This document shows positions 44,767-52,959 of a stretch of DNA of 64,000 bases, piece after piece. The stretch's first letter is position 1. Each line of letters starts with the position of its first letter. This stretch comes from a virus: positions 32,001 through 96,000 of the IMG/VR virus record IMGVR_UViG_3300037418_002743. The stretch is one strand, 5' to 3'. Below the pieces are notes generated by a model, which was not told the DNA's origin, made no database searches, and saw only the letters and a list, made by a program, of their open reading frames with translations. A program made the translations under genes and the position numbers.

Positions 44767-44824
44767 GTCAGTTAAGCTACCGCGTGTTACGGTAAGCACA
44801 AGGCCAGTTGACGAGGGAGTTCGA

Positions 44825-45685
44825 ATGAAGATCCGCGACCGCGTCCGCGCCGCCGTGGACTGGTGCGACGACTGGCGGCAGTCCGCCGGGATCGGTGCCG
44901 CGCTCTTCGTGATCCTCGCCGCGGTCAGCGCCTACTACCTCGTGCGCTGGGGCCACGCCAACGGCATGCCCGGCCTGATCGCCTGGGCCCTCCCCGCCGC
45001 CCTCGACTTCTCCGGCTACCGCGCCGTCCTTGTCGCCCGCCGCGCCCGCGACGACGTCGCCCAGTCCTCCGCGATGACGCTCGTCTGGTGCTCCGTCGGG
45101 CTGTCGATGCTCGGGAACATCGGCTCGCACGCGGTCGACGCCGGGCTGCTCCGCCCGAACTTCTGGACGATGGCGGCGACCGTCTCCGTCATCCCGCTCA
45201 TGGCGATCTGGGGTCACATCGTCGGCGGCGGGATCAGCGCCCGCCCGGAGGTCCGCCGGGCCGCCGATGAGCTGGACGAGACCCGCGCCGCGCTCGCCGC
45301 CGCGACCGCCCGCGCGGAGGCGGCGGAGCGGGAGCGCGACGAGCTCCGCGCCCGGAAGCGCCCGCCGCGCACGCCGGCCCCGCCCGCGGAGCCGAAGGCG
45401 ACCGGGCCCGTCCCGGTGCCCTCCCCCGAGGCGCGGCACGCGAAGCCGGACCCGGCACCGAAGCCTCCGCCGTACACCCCGGCACAGCTGGAGAAGGCGA
45501 TCGAGTACCTCGTCCTGAACCCCGGCAAGGGGCGGCGCGCGGTGGTGTCCGGCATCGGCGGCGGCATCGGGGACAACCCGTCGAAGACGCTGCACAAGGA
45601 CGCTCTCGCGGCGATCGAGGCGCTCCCCGAGCACGCTGTGATGGCGATCCGGGAGCGCGCCGAGGGCGCCACAGTCGCTGCCTGA
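44825..45685 (+). CDS. DUF2637 (SpdA-like) plasmid-spreading membrane protein
   Basis: Four TM segments with AWALPAALD and LSMLGNIGSH, coiled coil, C-terminal HTH-like (GRRAVVSGIG). Confidence 0.65.
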   Translation: MKIRDRVRAAVDWCDDWRQSAGIGAALFVILAAVSAYYLVRWGHANGMPGLIAWALPAALDFSGYRAVLVARRARDDVAQSSAMTLVWCSVGLSMLGNIGSHAVDAGLLRPNFWTMAATVSVIPLMAIWGHIVGGGISARPEVRRAADELDETRAALAAATARAEAAERERDELRARKRPPRTPAPPAEPKATGPVPVPSPEARHAKPDPAPKPPPYTPAQLEKAIEYLVLNPGKGRRAVVSGIGGGIGDNPSKTLHKDALAAIEALPEHAVMAIRERAEGATVAA

Positions 45686-45694
45686 GCGCGCCCC

Positions 45695-46010
45695 GCGGGT
45701 GGGCGGGTGACACCCGGGTGCACCTCCGGGCGCGGCCGGAGTGCGTTCGCTCCGCACCCGCTCTGTGCCCGGGTGGCGCTCGGATCACGATCCGGGTGTG
45801 TGCCGCCCGCGCCCGGGTGTCGCCTGGGTGCCGCCCGGATGGCAGGTGCAGTGTCGTCGCAGGTAGCGCCCGGGTGCACCCGGGTGGCGTTCAGAGCATG
45901 CAGCGGGTGACACCCAGGTGCGCTCGGGGTGCACCCGCGACGTACCTGGGCCGCGCTCGGAGCGTCATAAGAAACCGCTCGGGTGACGCCCGGGCGACAC
46001 GCCGAGGGTG
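45695..46010. repeat. CCCGGGTG-like repeat array upstream of parA; candidate parS centromere (or clt)
   Basis: About 14 exact or near copies, e.g. 45713, 45768, 45791, 45812, 45823, 45834, 45869, 45879, 45913, 45978, 45989. Confidence 0.6.
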
Positions 46011-46079
46011 GCCCAAGGTCACCTTGAGCCTCACCCCGGTACCGTTCGGCAGCACCGAAGCCACCCTCCGGGAGTCACC

Positions 46080-46940
46080 TTGCTGCCACAAGCCCTCGCG
46101 ATCATCAACGGGAAGGGCGGGACCGGGAAGACCTCGCTCACCGCGAACCTGGCCGCGATCTTCGCCGCCGACGGGTATCGCGTCCTCGCCGTCGACTGGG
46201 ACCCACAGGGGAACCTCTCCCGCGACCTGGGCTATCACGACGCTGAGGCGAACGACCAGGGCGAGGGCCTCGCCGCGGCGCTCGCCGGGGACGGAGAGGT
46301 CGAGCCGATCCGCGCCGTGCGGGAGCGGCTCGACGTCGTCGCCGGGGGAGCGGGCCTCGAAGACGTCTCCGTGGAGCCCGACGCCCTGGACAAGGTCCTC
46401 GCCCCGCTCGCCGGCGAGTACGACCTGATCGTCTTCGACTGCCCGCCGGGGAACCGGCACCTGCAGATCGCCGCGCTCACCGCGGCGCACTTCGTCGTCA
46501 TCCCGACCCGCTCCGACGCCGCCTCGATCGACGGGCTCGCGACGATCGCGCGGCTCTTCGCGGAGATCCGCTCCGACGACAACCCCGACCTCGAGCTCCT
46601 CGGGGTGACGCTCTTCGACATCGGCACCCAGTCCCGGCGGATCCTCCGCGACACCCGCGACAAGATCGCGAACCTCTTCGGCCGCGACGACGCCGCGTTC
46701 CTGTCGACGATCCGGCACCTCGAGGGAGCCCCGAACGACTGCCGGGAGTTGGGCCTCGTGGTGCACGAGCTCGACCGGGAGCTGTACGCGCAACTCATGC
46801 AGACCGGGCCGCAGCTCGCCGCGAAGGGCGGGCCGCGCCGGTTCTCCCAGGCGACACCCGGGCTCGCGGGGGACTACCAGCGCCTCGCCTCGGAGGTGGC
46901 AGAGCGGATGACGGCGGCGGCGGAGCGCGTCGATGCCTGA
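46080..46940 (+). CDS. parA: ParA partition ATPase
   Basis: NGKGGTGKTS, VDWDPQGN and YDLIVFDCPPG motifs; TTG start after GGGAG. Confidence 0.92.
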   Translation: MLPQALAIINGKGGTGKTSLTANLAAIFAADGYRVLAVDWDPQGNLSRDLGYHDAEANDQGEGLAAALAGDGEVEPIRAVRERLDVVAGGAGLEDVSVEPDALDKVLAPLAGEYDLIVFDCPPGNRHLQIAALTAAHFVVIPTRSDAASIDGLATIARLFAEIRSDDNPDLELLGVTLFDIGTQSRRILRDTRDKIANLFGRDDAAFLSTIRHLEGAPNDCRELGLVVHELDRELYAQLMQTGPQLAAKGGPRRFSQATPGLAGDYQRLASEVAERMTAAAERVDA

Positions 46941-47508
46941 CGAGCTGCTCGCCGCGATGGCGACCCCGCCGAAGCGACGCCTCCCGACCCTTCGCCCGGC
47001 CGCCGTGCCGGAGCCCGCTGCGGAGCCGGAGCCCGAGCCGGCGCCAGCCCAGACAGCTCAGCCGACGCCCGAGCCGCCGCCAGAGCCGGCGCCGCGAAAG
47101 CAGCCGCGGGTGAAGCACACGAAGCCGGAGCCCGAGCCGGCACCGGTCGGGCGACCCCCGACCGGGCGGGACACCCGCGGGATCGGCCTCCCCGGACCCC
47201 TCGCGGACCGCCTCCGCGATCACTGCGAGGCGGAGGGCATCCCGTACGGGGAATTCCTCATGGAGGCCCTGGACCGCCAGTGGGACGCCCTGGAGAAGGT
47301 CTACCCGCCGCTGGAGCGGCGCCGACCCGAGCTGCCGGCGCCCCGGCGGATCCCGCGGCGCACCGTCCCGGGCGGCCGCCGCCCGGTGAACTTCCGGCTC
47401 ACGCCCGAGCAGCTCTCCGCGGTCGACGACCGCAAGGACGCGCTCGGCGTGGCGTCCCGCTCGGAGTTCGTCACGAAGGTGATCGAGCTGGACCTCGGGG
47501 AGAGCTGA
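46933..47508 (+). CDS. Type Ib centromere-binding protein with two ribbon-helix-helix domains
   Basis: Pro-rich N-tail; IGLPGPLADRLRDHC..EGIPYGEFLMEAL and VNFRLTPEQLSAVD...GVASRSEFVTKVIE. Confidence 0.7.
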   Translation: MPDELLAAMATPPKRRLPTLRPAAVPEPAAEPEPEPAPAQTAQPTPEPPPEPAPRKQPRVKHTKPEPEPAPVGRPPTGRDTRGIGLPGPLADRLRDHCEAEGIPYGEFLMEALDRQWDALEKVYPPLERRRPELPAPRRIPRRTVPGGRRPVNFRLTPEQLSAVDDRKDALGVASRSEFVTKVIELDLGES

Positions 47509-47509
47509 C

Positions 47510-47767
47510 CTACTCGTCGTCGCGGACGAGCCGCAGCCGGGGCGGCTCGTCGGGCGGCATCGCGCGGAGCTGCTCGAGCAGATCCTCGACCTGCCGGCGC
47601 TGCTCCCCGCTGAGCCCGTCACGGGTCTGCTCGAGGTCCGCGATCATCTCGTCATACCCCTGCCGTGGGGTGAGCCCGCGGGCGGACGGGGCCGCGGACG
47701 AGGGCCAGCGCAGGTCGTGCCCCCGGAGCTGCTCGGGGAGTTCGTCATCGCTCACCCGCACAGACAT
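47510..47767 (-). CDS. Small hypothetical protein
   Basis: 85-aa ORF, convergent with the par operon. Confidence 0.35.
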   Translation of the reverse strand: MSVRVSDDELPEQLRGHDLRWPSSAAPSARGLTPRQGYDEMIADLEQTRDGLSGEQRRQVEDLLEQLRAMPPDEPPRLRLVRDDE

Positions 47768-47778
47768 ACCCCGGAAAC

Positions 47779-47826
47779 GACGAAATGCCCCCGCACCGGC
47801 CGAAGCCAGGTGCGGGGGCGTTCGTC
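47779..47826 (-). terminator. Terminator at the end of the late (structural) operon
   Basis: GACGAA-TGCCCCCGCACC...GGTGCGGGGGCG-TTCGTC inverted repeat. Confidence 0.6.
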
Positions 47827-47838
47827 ATGCGGGGATCA

Positions 47839-48252
47839 TCAGCCGAGCGAGTCGGTGAGCTGGCCGGAGGGGACCGTGACGGTGTCGCCGGCGTTCACCG
47901 TCTTGCTCGAGGCGAGGGCCGCCCAGAACAGCTTCTTCGGGGTGCCCGAGGAGTCGACCTCGACGCAGCCGGCCCAGGTGACGGCCGGGGCGTTGGTGAT
48001 CGTCGCGGCGACGTTGCTCGCCTGCGTCGAGGGGGCGCCCGCGGAGGCGGCCGCGAAGGTCAGGCCGGAGTAGCCGGTGCCGGCGGTGTAGCCGCCCGAC
48101 GTCGACCACTCCGTGTCGGAGCCGGTGTCCGAGCTGCGGACCGCCGAGAGGAACAGCAGCTTGATCGGGGTCGCGAAGGTGACCGCCGTGCCGCCGTGCA
48201 TCGCGGTGAGGATCGCGGCCGTCGTGGTGGAGTCGATGCCCGAGGTAGCCAT
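47839..48252 (-). CDS. Small beta-rich virion structural/fibre subunit (paralog 2)
   Basis: ...GCVEVDSSGTPKKLFWAALASSKTVNAGDTVTVPSGQLTDSLG; paralog of 51823..52221. Confidence 0.7.
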   Translation of the reverse strand: MATSGIDSTTTAAILTAMHGGTAVTFATPIKLLFLSAVRSSDTGSDTEWSTSGGYTAGTGYSGLTFAAASAGAPSTQASNVAATITNAPAVTWAGCVEVDSSGTPKKLFWAALASSKTVNAGDTVTVPSGQLTDSLG

Positions 48253-48257
48253 CTAGA

Positions 48258-48596
48258 TCAGCCCTCCGAAGGAGCGACGGGAGCGGCCGGAGCCGCGGGG
48301 ACGTCCGCCACCGGAGCGGCGGGGGCGGGAGCCGGCGCGGGGACCGGGGTGGCGGCCGGGGCCGGCTCGTCGGCGTGCAGGGCCTCGATGTGCGCCCGCA
48401 GGTCGTCGCCGTGCACGCCGGCCTTGGCGGCGTCGACGATCGACTTGACGATGTGGCCGACCTTGGGGTCGGAGACCGCGTCGAGGTGGGCCCGGTGCGG
48501 GAGGCAGTCGTGGTGGTAGGTCTCGACGCCGTAGTGGAGCTTCGGGTGGTCGTCGGTCTGCCCGCACTGGTCGCAGGCGGTGAGGGCGTGTGCCAT
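48258..48596 (-). CDS. CxxCxxxDDHPK Zn-binding protein (paralog 2)
   Basis: ACDQCGQTDDHPK...HHDC...GDDLRAHI; RBS GAGGAG. Confidence 0.7.
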   Translation of the reverse strand: MAHALTACDQCGQTDDHPKLHYGVETYHHDCLPHRAHLDAVSDPKVGHIVKSIVDAAKAGVHGDDLRAHIEALHADEPAPAATPVPAPAPAPAAPVADVPAAPAAPVAPSEG

Positions 48597-48634
48597 CGGT
48601 GTTCTCCTCATGCGTCGGGAGGGAAGGTGGGTGG

Positions 48635-51600
48635 TCAGCCGGGCAGGGTTGTGGTGGCCCGGGCGCCGGCGGCGCTGCTGGCGGACGTGGCCCGCGTGCT
48701 GGGCGTCGTCGTCGAGGTGGTCGCCCGGGTGCCGGGTGCGGTGGTCACGCGGGCGGCGGAGAGCGGGTAGGACCGCGGGGAGGCGACGAGGAGCCCCTCG
48801 CCGGAGAGCGGGTACTTCGGGGCGAAGGTGTGCGCTGTCCCGGAGAGTGATCCCTCGCCGGCGAGCGTGGCGGTGCCGCCGTCGATCTGGCGGACTGCGG
48901 TCAGGTCGACGAGGCCGACCGCGATGCCCGTCAGGAACGCCGAGGTGAGGCCGAAGCCGTCGACGGTCGCCGAGCCCGCGGCGGCGGCGACGAGGATCCC
49001 GACAACCGACTGAGCGGTCGCGGCGATGCTCGCCGACCCGGAGGCGGCCGCGGCCACGGCCGAGACGATGACCGGGATCGGTGCGAGGTCCGCCGATCCG
49101 ACGCCGGCGGCGGTGAGACCGGACGATGCCGAGGTCGCGCCGATGAGAGCGGCGGCCGCTCCGACGGCCGAGACCGCGGAGAGGACCCCGACCGGGCCGT
49201 TGAGCGTCGCCGAGCCGGCGGCGGCCGCGGTGACGCTCGAGGAGGTGGAGTCGAAGCCGGTGAAGGCCGCGGTTCCGGCTCCGGCGGCCGAGACCGTCCC
49301 CGGGATCGTGGACCGGGTGCTCGCGATGTTCGCCGAGCCCGTACCCGCCGCGAAGATCGCGGAGACCGGCGTAACCGCCGCGGTGAACGTCGACGTCCCG
49401 GTCGCGGCCGCGGAGACCGTGCTCGCCGTGCTGGCGTAGCCGGTGATCACCGAGGAGCCGGTACCGGCCGCGGAGACCGCCGACTCGGCGCCCGGGACGA
49501 GGTCCTGGGCGCCGACGCCGGCCGCCGTGATCGTCGGCGGGATCGTGTCGAACCCGCCGACGGAGGCCGCGCCGGAGCCGGCCGCAGTGAGCGTTCCGGT
49601 CACCGACAGGGCCGGCGTGATGCTCGACGATCCGGTGCCCGCGGCAGACACGGCGGACGACGCGGACGTCGCCGTGATCGCCGACGTGCCGATGCCGGCG
49701 GCGGCGACGGGCGAGGAGGCGTAGAAGGCGGTGATCGCCGACGAGCTCGACCCGGCCGCGGTGAGCGTGCCGCGGGTGGTGTCGATCGGCGTCAGGGCGA
49801 GCGAGCCCACGCCGGCCGCGGAGATCAGACCGACGTCGGTCTGTGCCGTGGCGGCGATCGTCGCGGAGCCGATGCCGGCCGGGGTGAGCGTCGGCAGCTC
49901 GGTGACGTACCCGCCGATCGCCGCCGTGCCGGCCGCCGCCGCGGCCAGGGCCGAGGTGATCTGGTCCGGCCCGGGGACGAGCGTGACCGAGCCGATGCCG
50001 GTCGCGGTGAGCGCTCCCGGGAGGGTCTGGGCCGTCGCGCCGAGGGTCGACGCGGCGAGCCCGGCCGCGGAGACCGCGGAGGACGCCGAGGTCGCGGTGA
50101 TCGCCGACGAGCCGACGCCGGCGGCCGCGACAGGCGAGGACGCGGACGTCGCCGTGATCGCCGACGTGCCCGCCCCGGTCGGGGCGAGGATGACCGGGAT
50201 CGTGTCGACGCCGGCGACACTCGAGGTGCCGGTGGCGGTGGCGGTGATCGCTCCGGGCAGGGTGTCGAGGCCCGTGAGGGTCGACGAGCCCACGCCGGTC
50301 GGGATCAGCGCGGTCGGGACCGTGATGACCCCGAGCAGCGAAGCCGACGCGCCGGCCGCGGCGATCGCACCCGACGAGGTCGAGTCGTATCCGCTCAGCG
50401 TGGCCGAGCCGAGCCCAGCCGGGGTGAGGGTCGTCGGGATCGTGTCCGCGCCGGCGGTGACCGTCGCGGAGCCGGTGCCCGTCGCGGTGACGGTGCTCGC
50501 GACCGCGGCGTGGATGACCATCGTGCTGGTCGCGGCCGCGGAGAGCGTCTGGCTGATCTCCACGACGGCCGTCAGCGACACGGACCCCGCGGCGTCCGCC
50601 GTGAGCGTCCCTGTCGTGCTGTCGTAGCCGGAGAGGGACGAGGACCCGGAGCCCGCGGCGGCCACCGCGGACGGGATCGTGGACGCCCCTGCGGTGATGC
50701 TCGCGGAGCCGGTGCCCGTCGCCGTGACCCCGGACGAGGCCGAGGTCGCGGTGATCGCCGACGAACCGGTCCCGGTGGCGGTGACCGTCGGGAGGATCGT
50801 GTGGGAATCGGTGACGCTCGACGACCCGGAGCCCGCGGCGGAGACCGCGGACGACGCGGAAGTCGCGGTGATCGCCGAGGTGCCGGCGGCCGCCGCGGAG
50901 AGCGTCGAGGAGGTGCTGTCGTACCCGCTCAGGCTCGACGAGCCGGAGCCCGCCGCCGCGACCGCGGACGGGATCGACGAGGCCCCGGCGGTGAGCGAGG
51001 AGGACCCGGTTCCGGCCGGGGTGAGGGTGTCCGAGCTGATCGTGTCCGTGCCGGACAGCGACGAGGAGCCGGTGCCGGTCGCGGAGACCGCGGACGACCA
51101 GGTGGTCGTGTTCGTGCCCTCGATGAAGAGGGCGGTCATCGAGATCGACTTGCCGGACGAGCTCTGCGACGACGAGTTCGGGGTGACCGACCCGGAGCCG
51201 ACGCTCAGGTTGTACGTCGAGGTGTCGCCGTAGGGGTCGACGGTGTACCAGGTCCAGCCGCCGGTGGTGGAGCCGTTGCTGCCGGAGTTCTGCGGCGCGG
51301 CGATCGCGATCGCCAGCCGGCCGGAGCCGGTCGCGGTGACCGACGGGAACGCCATCGTGGTGCTGGCGGCGTTGACCTGCGTGTTGGACCCGTCGACGGT
51401 CCACTTCGTGTTCGACCCGTTGGTCGAGCGGTAGGCGGCGGCGTTGTAGTCCGGGAAGTGTGTCGCCATCGACCCGGAGTAGGTGATGGTGATCGTCGTC
51501 CCGGTGTTGGCGGTGCCGATCGTGCACCACCACAGCTGCAGCCAGTCGCCGACCGTGGAGTCCTTGACCCCGGTCCCGACCTGCTGCCAGCCAGTCGCGT

Positions 51601-51769
51601 CCGCGCCGCCGCCGGTGATCCCGGTGACGTTGATCGTCTGCGACGGGGTGACCGTCCAGCAGACCGCGAGGTCGCCGACCGCGACGGCTCCCGTGAAGGA
51701 GAACGTCTGGGTCGTGGTGATCCCGGAAGCGGCCTCGCCGCTCTTGTTCGTTACCGCGGAGATGGTCAC
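48635..51769 (-). CDS. Large Ala/Ser/Thr-rich repeat virion protein with N-terminal beta domain
   Basis: About 40 imperfect 19-22-aa repeats (SAVSAAGxGSSxITA). Confidence 0.75.
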   Translation of the reverse strand: MTISAVTNKSGEAASGITTTQTFSFTGAVAVGDLAVCWTVTPSQTINVTGITGGGADATGWQQVGTGVKDSTVGDWLQLWWCTIGTANTGTTITITYSGSMATHFPDYNAAAYRSTNGSNTKWTVDGSNTQVNAASTTMAFPSVTATGSGRLAIAIAAPQNSGSNGSTTGGWTWYTVDPYGDTSTYNLSVGSGSVTPNSSSQSSSGKSISMTALFIEGTNTTTWSSAVSATGTGSSSLSGTDTISSDTLTPAGTGSSSLTAGASSIPSAVAAAGSGSSSLSGYDSTSSTLSAAAAGTSAITATSASSAVSAAGSGSSSVTDSHTILPTVTATGTGSSAITATSASSGVTATGTGSASITAGASTIPSAVAAAGSGSSSLSGYDSTTGTLTADAAGSVSLTAVVEISQTLSAAATSTMVIHAAVASTVTATGTGSATVTAGADTIPTTLTPAGLGSATLSGYDSTSSGAIAAAGASASLLGVITVPTALIPTGVGSSTLTGLDTLPGAITATATGTSSVAGVDTIPVILAPTGAGTSAITATSASSPVAAAGVGSSAITATSASSAVSAAGLAASTLGATAQTLPGALTATGIGSVTLVPGPDQITSALAAAAAGTAAIGGYVTELPTLTPAGIGSATIAATAQTDVGLISAAGVGSLALTPIDTTRGTLTAAGSSSSAITAFYASSPVAAAGIGTSAITATSASSAVSAAGTGSSSITPALSVTGTLTAAGSGAASVGGFDTIPPTITAAGVGAQDLVPGAESAVSAAGTGSSVITGYASTASTVSAAATGTSTFTAAVTPVSAIFAAGTGSANIASTRSTIPGTVSAAGAGTAAFTGFDSTSSSVTAAAAGSATLNGPVGVLSAVSAVGAAAALIGATSASSGLTAAGVGSADLAPIPVIVSAVAAAASGSASIAATAQSVVGILVAAAAGSATVDGFGLTSAFLTGIAVGLVDLTAVRQIDGGTATLAGEGSLSGTAHTFAPKYPLSGEGLLVASPRSYPLSAARVTTAPGTRATTSTTTPSTRATSASSAAGARATTTLPG

Positions 51770-51822
51770 CGCTCACCTCCAGGTGGCGGTCGGAGGTGAG
51801 CGGTGGCCGGACTCGCGAGCAC

Positions 51823-52221
51823 TCAGCTCAGCGAGATGGTGATGCTCGAGGTCGAGAAGGAGAGCGTGTCGCCGGCGTTCGTCGTCTTGGAGGCGATCGA
51901 GCCGAACCAGTGCCGGACCGGGGTGCCGGCGGAGTCCCAGACCTCGACGGCGTTGACCGTCACGGCGGGCATGTTCGTGTAGTTGATCGCCGCGGCGGAG
52001 TTGGTGACGGAGCCGCCGGTGGCGGTGCCGAGCGCGGTCGTCAGGTTCTGGTCCGCGTAGGAGCCGCCGGTGACGGCGGTCCCGTTGACGGTCGCGGTCG
52101 GGGCGGTGCCGCCGGCGTTGATGAGACGGAGCTTCATCGGGGTCGTCGGGGTCGCGTAGGCCGCGATCCCGAGGGACACCTTGAGCAGGTTGTTGGCGTC
52201 CGTCTGGTCCATGTTCGCCAT
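51823..52221 (-). CDS. Small beta-rich virion structural/fibre subunit (paralog 1)
   Basis: ...AVEVWDSAGTPVRHWFGSIASKTTNAGDTLSFSTSSITISLS. Confidence 0.7.
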   Translation of the reverse strand: MANMDQTDANNLLKVSLGIAAYATPTTPMKLRLINAGGTAPTATVNGTAVTGGSYADQNLTTALGTATGGSVTNSAAAINYTNMPAVTVNAVEVWDSAGTPVRHWFGSIASKTTNAGDTLSFSTSSITISLS

Positions 52222-52517
52222 CAGGCGACACCTCCATCAGCCGGCGCGGCCGGCGGGGTCTGCACGGTCGTGGGGAGCTCGGGGGTCACGGAGACCGCGG
52301 CCTGCGGGCCCTGCATGAGGTGCTGGCGCAGCTCGTGACCCTTGGCGCCGTTGGAGCCGATGAGGGCCTGGGCGCACGGGGTGCAGCCGACGGACGCGCA
52401 GCAGTCCATGTGCCGCCGCGCCTCCTCGCCGGTGGTCACGTCGAGCACGAAGACGTGCTTCGGGTGGTCGTCGTGCTGCTCGCACATGTGGCAGGGGTGC
52501 GCGTGAAGGTCAGCCAC
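52221..52517 (-). CDS. CxxCxxxDDHPK Zn-binding protein (paralog 1)
   Basis: PCHMCEQHDDHPKH...HMDCC...GHELRQHL; RBS GAAAGGAG. Confidence 0.7.
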   Translation of the reverse strand: MADLHAHPCHMCEQHDDHPKHVFVLDVTTGEEARRHMDCCASVGCTPCAQALIGSNGAKGHELRQHLMQGPQAAVSVTPELPTTVQTPPAAPADGGVA

Positions 52518-52590
52518 GGACGGGCTCCTTTCTCAGGGCATGCCGAAGACCCCCGCGGCCGGAGGCGGCGGGGGTCTGGGAGGGAAGGGG

Positions 52591-52956
52591 TCAGATCTTG
52601 CGGGAGAGGTAGACCGTGCCCTGGCCGACGCGGATGGTCTGGTCAGCGACGGGGGCGGCCGGGTCGTACAGGTAGAGCTGGTAGCGGGCGGTCCGGAAGG
52701 TCCAGGGGAGCGTGAGGTCGGCGGTGATCGTCGGGATGTAGAGGTTCCCGGTGAACACGATCTGCGCCTGCCCGGCGGTTGGAGAGTTCGACCAGGTCAG
52801 CAGGGTGACGCCGCTGATCGGGTCGACGATCGAGCCGGTGGCGATCATCGGCGGGGCGAGGATCTTCGCGTTCCCGACCGCGTCGACGATGTAGAACTGC
52901 TCGCCCGGCCAGTCCGCGCCCTGCTCGATGTGGAAGTCCCGCTCGAGCGCGGTCAC
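52591..52956 (-). CDS. Phage tail-associated Ig-like/adaptor protein
   Basis: DFHIEQGADW...ARYQLYL...GQGTVYL pattern common in actinophage tail modules. Confidence 0.55.
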   Translation of the reverse strand: MTALERDFHIEQGADWPGEQFYIVDAVGNAKILAPPMIATGSIVDPISGVTLLTWSNSPTAGQAQIVFTGNLYIPTITADLTLPWTFRTARYQLYLYDPAAPVADQTIRVGQGTVYLSRKI

Positions 52957-52959
52957 CGG

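Noticed and set aside
48258-51776. 1172-aa Arg/His-rich minus-strand ORF overlapping the repeat protein
   Set aside because: Frame shadow of the Ala/Thr/Ser codons; only the last 112 aa (ATG 48596, own RBS, paralog at 52221) look real
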